Assembly: GCA_937625935.1 (NCBI GenBank)
Contig: OW569344.1
Span: 558,001 to 622,000, forward strand
DNA length: 64,000 nt
Reading direction: 5' to 3'
From: Tetramitus jugosus
Lineage: Eukaryota; Protista; Heterolobosea
The notes under the pieces are model-generated. The model searched no databases. It was not told the DNA's origin and saw only the letters and a program-made list of their open reading frames with translations. How positions within the stretch are numbered: position 1 is the stretch's first letter; each line of letters starts with the position of its first letter. Below are positions 11,389 through 21,617 of this stretch, one piece after another. The position numbers and the translations under genes are program-made.

Positions 11389-13251
11389 ATGAATTTTGTT
11401 GAAGATGCAATCTCCTCAACCTTCATCGCCCTATCCTTTCAAAATTCTTCAATGACTCATCAACAGACTGAGGCACTGAGAATCACTGCTGGCACAACAG
11501 CCATTCTCAGCATGGTCGGCTCTCTGTTCATCATATTTTCAAGTCTCTTATTCGGTGATTTATTCAAATCGTTGGCCAATCGATTGATCATGTACTTGTC
11601 GTTTGCTGATCTCATTGCAGGCAGTTCCTACATTATTCGCCTGTCTGGATTAGATTTGATGGATAGTAGTGCAGGTGATATGGCATGCAAAGCAGAAGCA
11701 TTCTTGATGACAACGTTCGAGATGAGTAGTGTCTTTTGGAGTAGTTGTATCTGTATGCACTTGTTGTTGAGTATCATGTTGCCGGATTGGAGAGTGGAGA
11801 GAATGGAACCGGTTTATCATGTGGTCAGTTGGGGATATCCTATTCTGTGGAGCAGTATTGTTTTGGGAATGAATCGGTTTGGACGGGCATCCAATTGGTG
11901 TTGGCTCATACCTGATGAGCCTAGAGCTTATTTTTCATGGAGATTTTTCACATTTTTGCCCGTTTATGTCCTCATGTTTTTCAATATTGCAGTATATATT
12001 GGTGTTTGTGTGTCGTTGAGGCGAATGTTGCGACAGACAAAGTATGCAACCATATTTTCTAGTGTCGATCGAAGAAAGGAGTTGAAGGCATTGAGACAAT
12101 TGTCGATTATTATGATTGCCTTCTTTATTACGTGGATACCACCAATGGCCAATCGATTGACTGAGAGTTTGAATCCATTGTCAGTGTATTTCTGGTTGGA
12201 TATGGCTCAGGCTATAACCAATCCGTTGCAAGGCTTTTGGAATGTGGTGTTATATGGTTATCGGTTCGTTCCGCGTTACTATCGAGCATTCAAGAATTGG
12301 AAGAGCAAATGGGTCAATAAGCGAATTGAGTTGAATGAAAAGAGGAATGATATGGAGAAGAAGAAACGAAATGGAGTGCTCTCGGAGAATGATGCATTGA
12401 AATCAAACGATTTACGATCTCTGTCCAGTATTGGAAGTTTTGTGACTACGTCTGGATGGGATGATGAGACACTGAATCCGTCATCAGAGTCATCGTCCGT
12501 TAACAAAGGCACGAAACTCTTCTGGAGCAAACTGAAATTTTGGACACAATACTATTGCTTGTGCGTGTGCTGTCCTTGTGGAATACCAGACAAGAAGCAT
12601 TTATCAAGCATGTTCAGCAGCGCGGACAACTCTCTCATGTTTCATCCAAGGGAGAGCATGAGCTTTTTGCGGCCGCCATCTCTACGGTCAGAGCTCATCC
12701 ATCCAGACCATTTGAGTGAATCAGAAACGGACGATGAAGATGGACTTCCGTTCCTTTTGCATCACCAGAATCCATACAATCCAGTACCCACTCCCGATCG
12801 TAACAGACATCGTCCATACATTTCTGAATCCTCCGCCAGCAACAATATTGCCTTTGTGCCAAACAAGGACAGAGTACGAACGATGGTTATGCCTTCATCC
12901 ATCTCCCCTCAAACACCTCCAAAGTACTACCTTCCTGATTCAATACCGTCCAGTTTTTCAAGTCCTGACCGAAACAGGCATCAATACGATGGTGTTTCGA
13001 GTTTGGCAGAGAGTATGCCTCTATCTCATGAATCTAGGCACTCTCGGTTCATGTTCAACCCACCTAACATGATGGACCACAACAACAATACCAACAATAA
13101 CCAACTAGTGACACCTCGGCCTCTGACAACCGAATACCGGTCACCACTCCCTAACAGAGACCCAACCCCTCGAGACAATGCATATCCCAGAAGACAATAC
13201 CACCATCACAAGTATCCATCTGAAGATTCTATTGACCCTGATGAGTTTTGA
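11389..13251 (+). CDS. 7-TM GPCR, Dictyostelium cAR / plant GCR1-like family
   Basis: Seven hydrophobic helices; NRLIMYLSFADL, C..EAF, YHVVSWG, NWCW, FFITWIP and PLQGFWN motifs; long disordered C-tail. Confidence 0.88.
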   Translation: MNFVEDAISSTFIALSFQNSSMTHQQTEALRITAGTTAILSMVGSLFIIFSSLLFGDLFKSLANRLIMYLSFADLIAGSSYIIRLSGLDLMDSSAGDMACKAEAFLMTTFEMSSVFWSSCICMHLLLSIMLPDWRVERMEPVYHVVSWGYPILWSSIVLGMNRFGRASNWCWLIPDEPRAYFSWRFFTFLPVYVLMFFNIAVYIGVCVSLRRMLRQTKYATIFSSVDRRKELKALRQLSIIMIAFFITWIPPMANRLTESLNPLSVYFWLDMAQAITNPLQGFWNVVLYGYRFVPRYYRAFKNWKSKWVNKRIELNEKRNDMEKKKRNGVLSENDALKSNDLRSLSSIGSFVTTSGWDDETLNPSSESSSVNKGTKLFWSKLKFWTQYYCLCVCCPCGIPDKKHLSSMFSSADNSLMFHPRESMSFLRPPSLRSELIHPDHLSESETDDEDGLPFLLHHQNPYNPVPTPDRNRHRPYISESSASNNIAFVPNKDRVRTMVMPSSISPQTPPKYYLPDSIPSSFSSPDRNRHQYDGVSSLAESMPLSHESRHSRFMFNPPNMMDHNNNTNNNQLVTPRPLTTEYRSPLPNRDPTPRDNAYPRRQYHHHKYPSEDSIDPDEF

Positions 13252-13547
13252 AGGTGAACAACCAGAACACAAGCAACAACTCCATCATATCCCATAAAAA
13301 TACCTCAAAATGCGTCTTTCGCTGACAGGACGCGTCCCCCGTTCTTCCGCAAGTTCAACAAAATTATTGTTCATACCCCTTTCGGAAAAATCTTGAGCTC
13401 ACAGAGCTTTCGAATAGCGAATAAATCAAACAACACCTCCGCACAGTTGTTTCTCCAATAAAACCACCAACATATCAACGACTCACCACCCACCAAAACA
13501 CATCCTTCCCATCTCCCTGATATCTTCACCTCTTGTGCAAATAAAAG

Positions 13548-16500
13548 ATGTCATCTTCCTCTTTCCAACACCACAAAAACAATAACAACAATAACAAAAA
13601 CAACAGTAGTAATAATAATAGCAACGTCGGCATGAGAACAGATGAAGAAAGTGTAATGTTGGACTCTACCTATTGGAACTTGTTCTCATTGGATCATGGC
13701 TCGTCAACTCATCACATGATCTCAGACGATACCAGTGTAGGTGATTTTGATTTGCTTTTTGGTCAAATGAATGACAATGACAATGACAGTGTCCATGATA
13801 CAAACATGACAAATATCAACACCAATATCAATCATTCTAACATCAACACAATAACGAGCACGAATAACAATAATATTAATATTAATAATAATAATCATTT
13901 TCACCACAATACGCATAAAAATCATCACGTGAATAATGAAAATGAAATGACTCAACAACGGCTCAAACAACTAGAATTAATGATTACGGAAAAGGATAAA
14001 CTCATATGTAAACTCACTCAACAAATTGAATCTCAATCCAAGCAAATTCAACAACACTATGAACAATTGAAAAATAAAGGAAAAGATGATGAAATAACAA
14101 CAACAACAACAAATGACAAGAAAAAGAAAATGATGACAATAGACAACAATAAGAATCGCACTGAAGAAACATTGTGTGATGGTAGTACGACTGTTTGTCC
14201 TTGTTGTGGACAAAGGTTAACAACGAATCGCGCGAGACAAAATACTCAACATTCAATGTCGACGACAGTGGATGATGTAAGTGAAAATGGAATGATTCAA
14301 ATGCTCAACGATGATGATGATGAGCATGTTGATGATGTTGTCGTAGTAGTTGATGATGATGATGACAATGATGGAGGTGGTGGAGATGATGATGGTGGTA
14401 CGATAGTCGGCGATAACAACAACATATTGCCAATGCAATGCGTAGATGTTCCATTGCTCAATCAATATTTTGAATCGTTGAAGAGCTTGCGTACTAGTCA
14501 TCAAATATTACCTGTATTGAAGCAAATCACGAGTGCAATTGAAACTCTATGTTCGTTTTCTAATGCTGCGACGACGTCACAACGAAAAGAGAAGAGTATA
14601 CAGGAGTGTATTGCACAATTGGATCAAATATCGCACATTGTTTGTCAAAATATGTCATTGTTGATATCGACTCGAGACCAATCGATACGGAGTTTGCTCC
14701 TCTCAGAGAATTCGCAAAATAAATGGATTCAAAGTTTACTGGGAACGAGGTCTACAAGTCAGAAAGTGGGTCATGCAGTGCAACACAGTGGAGGATGGTA
14801 CGCTGTCATCTTTTATTTAACCAGAGATGCAAAAACCGAAGAGATACCTTCGAATATACTTGTTCAACATGATAAGAGTAAGCAAGAGTCGGAGCAAGTA
14901 TTGTTAGCCAAGTGTATCGATTCTTTTGCAAAGTTTATCCAAGTTGGAAGAAATTTGGATGTGTCAATGCACACTATTTTCGACTCGTTTTTGAAACTAA
15001 TAGTGAAACGAATGTATGACAGAAAAGCAGAACAAAGCATCATTGAATTGTGTCGATGTACACAAAGATTTGACATTTATGCAGACATGTTGATCCAAAG
15101 TGAAAAATATGCAGAATGTGTCCAACTCATTTGTGATCAGGAGCTGACGTTGGCCGATCAACTGTTCTTTTGTCTCAACCATATCCTTCAGGTGGAATAT
15201 ACGATACTGGAAACATACCAACGATTATTGCATCGAACGTGTCGGATGGTACAGAGTAATCCAACAGTGTTTGGCGATGATTTTGCACTGAAGCTCTTCG
15301 ATTTTATGCTCTCTAGACATGGAATGTCCTCAGATGTATCTATAACTGAACGAATTATTCAATTGCTTTTAAGATTTAAAGATGACTCGAGGTTGTTTCG
15401 CAAGTGTCTGACTTCAATGTTGGCTGATATGTTCACATCTGACAAACGATTGTTGTTTGACCGACTGCACCGGTTTGTCGGGTACAAGCGAATAGTGGAA
15501 TTCATGGTAGCTGGAGTTTGGATCAATTTGACAGTGAAGAAACATGAGCAAAATAATAAGTTGTACCAATATCGGGAGACGATTTCACAAGAGGAACAAA
15601 CATATGTTTTAACCATCAACAACCATTTGCGGGTGATTGCGTCATCTGTTTTCAATATGTTGTATCCGACGATTAGTAAGATGAGATCTTCTCTTTCAAC
15701 TGATTTCGCTCAGAATCAAGTCAAGCAGAGAGCATTGGTATTATCTTCGCAGTATCGCTTGTTTGGGAGGGAGAGTGAATTTGAAAAATTGAAGCAGGAA
15801 ATTGATAATCTGGGAATAGAAGATGCCCAGGTCCAACTAAATCAAATCGATGCAAAAAATTCAACATGGATCGATAATGTCCTCGTTCATCCTGTTTCTC
15901 TCCATTCCAATTTAATGGACAAATTATTGCTGAGTTTTGCGGACGTTAGCATACAATGCGTAGAACAACCAAGCAGTACACAATCCATTAGCACGATTGA
16001 CACTACCAAGGGCACTTCACAAAAGCTGAATATTGACCCTAGTCAATTATCTCAAACTGGACTTACAGGATACAACGTATTTTGTAGCTATAAGCGCGAT
16101 GAGTTAAAGACGACCAATCCAGATTTTACCTATCGTCAAATCAATTCTGAATTAGGACGTTTGTGGAAGGGAATGAGCGAAATCGATCGACAGCCATTCA
16201 ACGATCAAGCACGGTATAACAAGGTGCGAAAAGATCAAGAAAAAGCTCCAACTGTATCTCCCAGTCCACCACCTACTCCAAAGCGACCTCTTTCAACGTC
16301 CCCTGCTACTCAAACGATTCAGCCTACTGGGAAACGGTATCGACCAGAACATGCACCACCTACACAATCGCCCAGCGCCCAAATGAATGTCAGTGGTATG
16401 CCAATGCCAATGCCAATGATGAGTTCTCCCATGCATCAACAAGTATCTGTGAACTATTCTTTACCCCAAATCCAGCAGCAACTCCAACAACAGAATCTCC

Positions 16501-16826
16501 AGAACATGCAGGCTCTTCAACAAATGAAGCAACAACAAATGCTTCAACAAGCCATCCAGTCTGCTCAATCATATCCGTTCCAAAACCAACCAAACCACAC
16601 TCCCATTCCAACAATGTCACCACTCGGATTCAGTACTGCTCATTACACAACCAATCAACTCCCAACCTTTTCCAAAGAGCAAAGGTTGCGCTTAAGGGCT
16701 CAGATTTATTGTCTGAAGAACTATATCAGTTCTCAGAACGCTCCAGCGATACCCCCAGTATTACTTGCTGCCTCAGCAGGAAGTGAGACTGCCCTATTGC
16801 TATTTGAGCGATTACAGATACAATAA
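13548..16826 (+). CDS. HMG-box protein with C-terminal QLQ-like domain
   Basis: HMG box LTGYNVFCSYKRDELKTTNPDFTYRQINSELGRLWKGMSEIDRQPF; C-terminal FSKEQRLRLRAQIYCLKNY...IPPVLL resembles QLQ. Confidence 0.8.
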   Translation: MSSSSFQHHKNNNNNNKNNSSNNNSNVGMRTDEESVMLDSTYWNLFSLDHGSSTHHMISDDTSVGDFDLLFGQMNDNDNDSVHDTNMTNINTNINHSNINTITSTNNNNININNNNHFHHNTHKNHHVNNENEMTQQRLKQLELMITEKDKLICKLTQQIESQSKQIQQHYEQLKNKGKDDEITTTTTNDKKKKMMTIDNNKNRTEETLCDGSTTVCPCCGQRLTTNRARQNTQHSMSTTVDDVSENGMIQMLNDDDDEHVDDVVVVVDDDDDNDGGGGDDDGGTIVGDNNNILPMQCVDVPLLNQYFESLKSLRTSHQILPVLKQITSAIETLCSFSNAATTSQRKEKSIQECIAQLDQISHIVCQNMSLLISTRDQSIRSLLLSENSQNKWIQSLLGTRSTSQKVGHAVQHSGGWYAVIFYLTRDAKTEEIPSNILVQHDKSKQESEQVLLAKCIDSFAKFIQVGRNLDVSMHTIFDSFLKLIVKRMYDRKAEQSIIELCRCTQRFDIYADMLIQSEKYAECVQLICDQELTLADQLFFCLNHILQVEYTILETYQRLLHRTCRMVQSNPTVFGDDFALKLFDFMLSRHGMSSDVSITERIIQLLLRFKDDSRLFRKCLTSMLADMFTSDKRLLFDRLHRFVGYKRIVEFMVAGVWINLTVKKHEQNNKLYQYRETISQEEQTYVLTINNHLRVIASSVFNMLYPTISKMRSSLSTDFAQNQVKQRALVLSSQYRLFGRESEFEKLKQEIDNLGIEDAQVQLNQIDAKNSTWIDNVLVHPVSLHSNLMDKLLLSFADVSIQCVEQPSSTQSISTIDTTKGTSQKLNIDPSQLSQTGLTGYNVFCSYKRDELKTTNPDFTYRQINSELGRLWKGMSEIDRQPFNDQARYNKVRKDQEKAPTVSPSPPPTPKRPLSTSPATQTIQPTGKRYRPEHAPPTQSPSAQMNVSGMPMPMPMMSSPMHQQVSVNYSLPQIQQQLQQQNLQNMQALQQMKQQQMLQQAIQSAQSYPFQNQPNHTPIPTMSPLGFSTAHYTTNQLPTFSKEQRLRLRAQIYCLKNYISSQNAPAIPPVLLAASAGSETALLLFERLQIQ

Positions 16827-16883
16827 CATAAACTCCAAAACTCCTTCAAGTTCAACCAAAAAAACGAAGAAAACAACAACCCA

Positions 16884-17933
16884 ATGAACACAAACGAAAA
16901 CAGCAACAACAATGCTCCCATGATCGTATTGGAAGAAGACGAGTACCTCTCTCACTTGGAACACATTATCCGAAGAGACTTCTTTCCCAACAGAGAACAT
17001 ATCCAGAATCAACTCCGACTCTCGCAACAGAAACAACAAGAAAACAAGGATCATCCGATCGTATCCATTGTAAAGTATGAAAATGATGACAACATGGACG
17101 AGTATGGTGGTGAGAGTGATCAGAGTCCATATCAGCGATCCAAACATCTGTCTTTGGATCAGTTTTGTGAACGCTTCACAAGTGAAGACAATGCTTCGTT
17201 TTCAGAGCTCATGAAAGAGAAAACGAGGATGCAGCAGGAGAGATTGCGACGATTGAACATGTCCAAAAAACAGTTGCGCGACACGATGGACGATAAAGCA
17301 ACAGATGCTGCCGTTGCTGCTTCTATTTCTTCGTCTCAAGACGAGTATGAATATGATTTTGTTCAGGGAACGTTTCCAGTCAAGAGAAAGCGAAAAGCTT
17401 CTTCGAATTTGAGCTCTAACGCGATAACTGCTTCTATTGAAGCGCCAAATAGTTTAAAGCTTGAAAAAACGACTCTTCGGAGCTTACATAGCCAAGCACA
17501 GCTTAACAAGAAGGATTGTGATAGTAGGGATGATAAGGGGGATGTGATGGCAAAGAGAAAGAATCGGCTCACAACGACAAGCTTTTCAAAGATTAATCAT
17601 GAATCATCGCGGTTTCGCATACCAGAGACACCAAAGAGAGAACTGTTGTTGATGAAAGCAACGAACAAGATTAGCAAACAAAGCAAGATGAGAGCTGCAC
17701 ATGGATCAACACTGTCGCAACAACAAAACAGTGCTGGTAGTGTAACTCCTGGTTCAATGACTCAGAGGTTTGGCGCGTTGTCTCCCGCAGCACAAAACTT
17801 GTTGTTGAGATCATCGTCGTCTTCATCTGGCAGTAGTAGAAAAGAAGGTGGAATATTTGGACGGAGTTTGTATTCACCTTCACCCGTGATGTCTCCTTCA
17901 TACCACACCAGTAATAAAGATCGGAAAAGCTAG
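16884..17933 (+). CDS. ESS2: Splicing factor ESS-2/DGCR14 homolog
   Basis: VLEEDEYLSHLEHIIRRDFFP, LSLDQF...TSEDNASFSELM, FRIPETPKRE and LSPAAQNLL. Confidence 0.9.
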   Translation: MNTNENSNNNAPMIVLEEDEYLSHLEHIIRRDFFPNREHIQNQLRLSQQKQQENKDHPIVSIVKYENDDNMDEYGGESDQSPYQRSKHLSLDQFCERFTSEDNASFSELMKEKTRMQQERLRRLNMSKKQLRDTMDDKATDAAVAASISSSQDEYEYDFVQGTFPVKRKRKASSNLSSNAITASIEAPNSLKLEKTTLRSLHSQAQLNKKDCDSRDDKGDVMAKRKNRLTTTSFSKINHESSRFRIPETPKRELLLMKATNKISKQSKMRAAHGSTLSQQQNSAGSVTPGSMTQRFGALSPAAQNLLLRSSSSSSGSSRKEGGIFGRSLYSPSPVMSPSYHTSNKDRKS

Positions 17934-18133
17934 TTAATGACAAAGCAACAAGCTATCCGGATCGTGCTGCCCACTGCCCGAATAGTCCATTTCGATTTTA
18001 GTCGGTCAGCCGACATCTGGCATTTCACACACAAACACTGAAAAACTGAACATAGAGGTATAATCCAATCAAACACCTACCTTCCTCTGAGTGAAACCAA
18101 AAAAAAGCAACAAGTATATTAGTGTCCAGCAAC

Positions 18134-19942
18134 ATGTTGCGCCATCATTCCGCACTGACGACCAGACTCAACAAGGCTCAATCAGCGTCATCCCTGTTTC
18201 ATCGATTCTACAGCACCAACAACAAGAATAACAACAAATTTGATGTTGTGTTCGTTGGTGGAGGTCACAACGGTCTCGTCTGTGCCAACTATCTCCTCAG
18301 AGAGAACCCAAATCTCAAGGTTGGAATATTTGAGAAGAGATACAAGGTTGGTGGAGCAGCCATCAGTGAGAATCACTTGTTGCCAGAGTTTACCTACTCT
18401 AGAGCGTCATATTTGTGTGCATTGTTGCGTCCTCAGATCATTGAGGACTTTAAACTTATGGAGCGCATTGAATTTTTGCCTAGAAATCCCTCCAGTTTCA
18501 CTCCGTTGTCTGACCATTCTGATTTTCTCATGTTGGGCAGTGATAGCAACTTTAACAAGCAACAGATTGCAAAGTTCTCAGCTCGAGATGCAGAGAAGTT
18601 TGAGGAGTATGAAGCATACTTGAGCAAGTTTGCAGTCTTTTTGGAGCACTTGTTGGATCAAGCTCCAATCGATATGAAGAAGATTGGAGATCTTGCATCG
18701 AAAAGTGGTAGTCTCATGTCTCTCTTGGCCAATGCAGTCAAGTGGTCCAAGACTGAAGACGGTCACAATGCAAAGATCTTGGCAAGAGCATTGATCAAGG
18801 AGCTTGGTGTTCAAAATGCACCAGAGTTCTTCAAGTTGATGACAAGCCCTGCGTCCAAGATTTTGAATGAATGGTTCGAGAGTGATATTTTGAAGGCTAC
18901 TCTATCTACGGACTCTGTCATTGGAGAATTCTGTTCTCCACATACTCCAGGCAGTGCATACGTGTTGATGCATCATGTCATGGGTGATATTGGATATGGA
19001 AGAGGTGTTTGGGCCTATGTTCGCGGAGGAATGGGTAGTATCTCTCAAGCACTCAAGGACATTGCTCTGGAGAATGGTGCAAACATTGAGTGTGACAGCA
19101 CCGTGACAGAAATTTTAACAACAAGCGATGGAGGCAAGGTGACTGGTATTCGCTTGGCTGATGGTCGAATCATTGAGAGCGACATTGTTGTGTCTAACCT
19201 GAACGCATACACTACATTTGTTGATCTGTTGAAGAACAAGAATGAGAGTTCTGAACAATACTCAGCTGAAGCAAAGAAAATTGACTTTAACTCAGCTACT
19301 TTCAAGATCAATCTCGCAGTCGACAGATTGCCAAACTTTAAAGTGATGGGAAGAAATATTCCATCTGGAGAACCTGTGGAGCCAGGCCCAGAACACCGCG
19401 GTACTATCCATTTCGAAGACAACATGGACATTATCGATCAGTCATACTTGGAGGCTAAGATGCATGGTAGACCATCCTCCAGACCATTGATCGAAATGAC
19501 GATTCCAAGCGCTCTTGACAACACCATTTCCCCTCCTGGAAAGCATGTCGTGCAGCTATTTGTTCAGTATGCACCTTATCAATTGTCAAATGGAGAATCC
19601 TGGGCTGACGTTGCAAACAAGAAGAAGTTTGCTGATTCTGTTTATCGTGTTATTGAGCACTATGCTCCTGGATTTACTGAGTCAATCATTCCTGGCTCCG
19701 AAGATCTCTTGAGTCCATTGGATCTTGAGGAAATCTTCTCATTGAAGGGTGGCAACATCTTCCATGGCAGCATCCGATTGGATCAATTGTATTTTAATAG
19801 ACCTGTTGCTGGTTATACTCAATATGACTCACCAATCAGTGGCCTCTACCTGTGTGGAGCAAGTTGCCATCCAGGAGGTGGAGTCATGGGTGCCCCAGGC
19901 AGAAATGCTTCCAAAGTCATCAACAAGGACCTCAAGCAATAA
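18134..19942 (+). CDS. PYROXD2: Pyridine nucleotide-disulfide oxidoreductase domain protein 2 (phytoene dehydrogenase-like), probably mitochondrial
   Basis: GGGHNGLVCA FAD motif, SRASYL, AYVLMHHVMG, GGMGSIS, GGNIFHG, LYLCGASCHPGGGVMGAPGRNA; Arg/Ser-rich presequence-like N-terminus. Confidence 0.92.
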   Translation: MLRHHSALTTRLNKAQSASSLFHRFYSTNNKNNNKFDVVFVGGGHNGLVCANYLLRENPNLKVGIFEKRYKVGGAAISENHLLPEFTYSRASYLCALLRPQIIEDFKLMERIEFLPRNPSSFTPLSDHSDFLMLGSDSNFNKQQIAKFSARDAEKFEEYEAYLSKFAVFLEHLLDQAPIDMKKIGDLASKSGSLMSLLANAVKWSKTEDGHNAKILARALIKELGVQNAPEFFKLMTSPASKILNEWFESDILKATLSTDSVIGEFCSPHTPGSAYVLMHHVMGDIGYGRGVWAYVRGGMGSISQALKDIALENGANIECDSTVTEILTTSDGGKVTGIRLADGRIIESDIVVSNLNAYTTFVDLLKNKNESSEQYSAEAKKIDFNSATFKINLAVDRLPNFKVMGRNIPSGEPVEPGPEHRGTIHFEDNMDIIDQSYLEAKMHGRPSSRPLIEMTIPSALDNTISPPGKHVVQLFVQYAPYQLSNGESWADVANKKKFADSVYRVIEHYAPGFTESIIPGSEDLLSPLDLEEIFSLKGGNIFHGSIRLDQLYFNRPVAGYTQYDSPISGLYLCGASCHPGGGVMGAPGRNASKVINKDLKQ

Positions 19943-19945
19943 TAA

Positions 19946-21172
19946 ATGTCCAGTTGCGAAGAAAACGATCTCAACATTTCTTCACAAAAACAATTTGAAA
20001 TCATCATGTTGACACCAAACATGAGCAAAATGGCTCAACTCATTTCACAGAGAAAGCTTATACCAATTACTCTTGATCAAATGAGTCGATTATCTCCTCC
20101 AAGGTCCCAACTGCCCATTCCACAACTCCTGAAACAATCTTCCCTGTTTCTGCAAGATCAACTCCCAGTTCGTTTGCTCAAGCGTCATTTGGAGCTACAA
20201 AGCTTCATATCCAACGCACAACTGAAGCAATATCAATGGTTGACAGAGCCTGTCCAAAAACTGTCTTCTTGTTTTCTGACAAGCTGTGAACAATTGCATG
20301 TGTCTGATGATGCCACAATGAAGCCAGAGCAATTCCGTGATGTTTTGGAGAGTGCAAGAACAACGTTGGATGAAGAATTGGAGGCAATGATGCAGAGTGT
20401 TCATTACAAGATGAGCAGTGGCACTGTTTCTGTGCCGCAACAAGAATTGAATCATGTGTTAAACAGCGTTCATCGAACAATGATATCGATGAGAGTTCTA
20501 ATTGCTCAATACTCGTTGCTTGTGAATCATCAACTCACATCGAGTGAGGCAAACAACAGTGTGAACACAGATCAGTTGTCAAATGAGTGTTCTGTTGTGA
20601 ACTCCAACACTAATCTCATGCATTTGCTGAGATGTGTTGCAGAAGATACGCAGGCACTATGTGTGGAGAAGTTGGGTGAGGCACCCAACGTGGAAACGAA
20701 GTTATTGACACATGGTGATGAGAAGGGCGCAAATAAGGTGACAATGGTCAGTGTGGAGTCTCATATTTATTTTATATTGATGGAACTGTTGAAGAATGCA
20801 ATGAGAGCTGTGCTGGACCAGCAGAACCGAACAGGTATCGAAAACCAAGTGCCCATCCAGATACATCTCGCTCACACGAATCAAGAAGTGAGCATACGTG
20901 TATCTGACACTGGTGGTGGTCTGAAGAATCACGACCGGTCCCGTACAATCTTTGATTACTTTTATTCGACAGCACCGAGGTTTGAACCTACCTACACTTA
21001 CTCTGGAAACTTTGGAGCTCCCTTTACAGGCTTAGGTTGCGGATTACCGATTGCCAGGCAGTATGCTCGCTTCTATGGAGGTGACTTGCGTGTTGCCACG
21101 CTGCCTGGATATGGCACTGATGTTTACTTACATCTGAATCGGAATGGTATAACAAACGAAGAAGTCCATTAG
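19946..21172 (+). CDS. Mitochondrial pyruvate/branched-chain ketoacid dehydrogenase kinase (PDK/BCKDK family)
   Basis: FLQDQLPVRL, ELLKNAMRA (N box), SDTGGG (G1), FYSTAP, GLGCGLPIARQYARFYGGDL (G2), GYGTDVYL; start codon uncertain. Confidence 0.9.
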   Translation: MSSCEENDLNISSQKQFEIIMLTPNMSKMAQLISQRKLIPITLDQMSRLSPPRSQLPIPQLLKQSSLFLQDQLPVRLLKRHLELQSFISNAQLKQYQWLTEPVQKLSSCFLTSCEQLHVSDDATMKPEQFRDVLESARTTLDEELEAMMQSVHYKMSSGTVSVPQQELNHVLNSVHRTMISMRVLIAQYSLLVNHQLTSSEANNSVNTDQLSNECSVVNSNTNLMHLLRCVAEDTQALCVEKLGEAPNVETKLLTHGDEKGANKVTMVSVESHIYFILMELLKNAMRAVLDQQNRTGIENQVPIQIHLAHTNQEVSIRVSDTGGGLKNHDRSRTIFDYFYSTAPRFEPTYTYSGNFGAPFTGLGCGLPIARQYARFYGGDLRVATLPGYGTDVYLHLNRNGITNEEVH

Positions 21173-21617
21173 ACAAGGATTAAACCCTTTATTTATTCAT
21201 GAGATTATACTACAAAAACAAAGTAATTGGCTTTCAGAATTGTAAAATCCTCATTTGATAAGGATTGACAAACAGGTACCTACCATACAATGACAGAATG
21301 CTTGTATTTTGGTTTGCTTGTCAGGTCATCGACTCAAATGTTATGTACCACTCATTGGAGATATGAAGTAGTAATATCGGAAAACAAATCATACAATAAA
21401 TAAATCAAACATATAACAATATATAGATTTCGTAGTTATATAGACAGAGTGTGTGTGTTGCATAGAGATTCACAGAGATAGATTCAATACACACAGAGAG
21501 AGTTGTTGCATATAAAAATAGAGAGAGATTACCCAAGAAACAATGTGCTGTCTTGTTAATCACACAAAAGCATAGAGCGCACATATATATGCCACACAAA
21601 GAGATAGATTGAACAGA

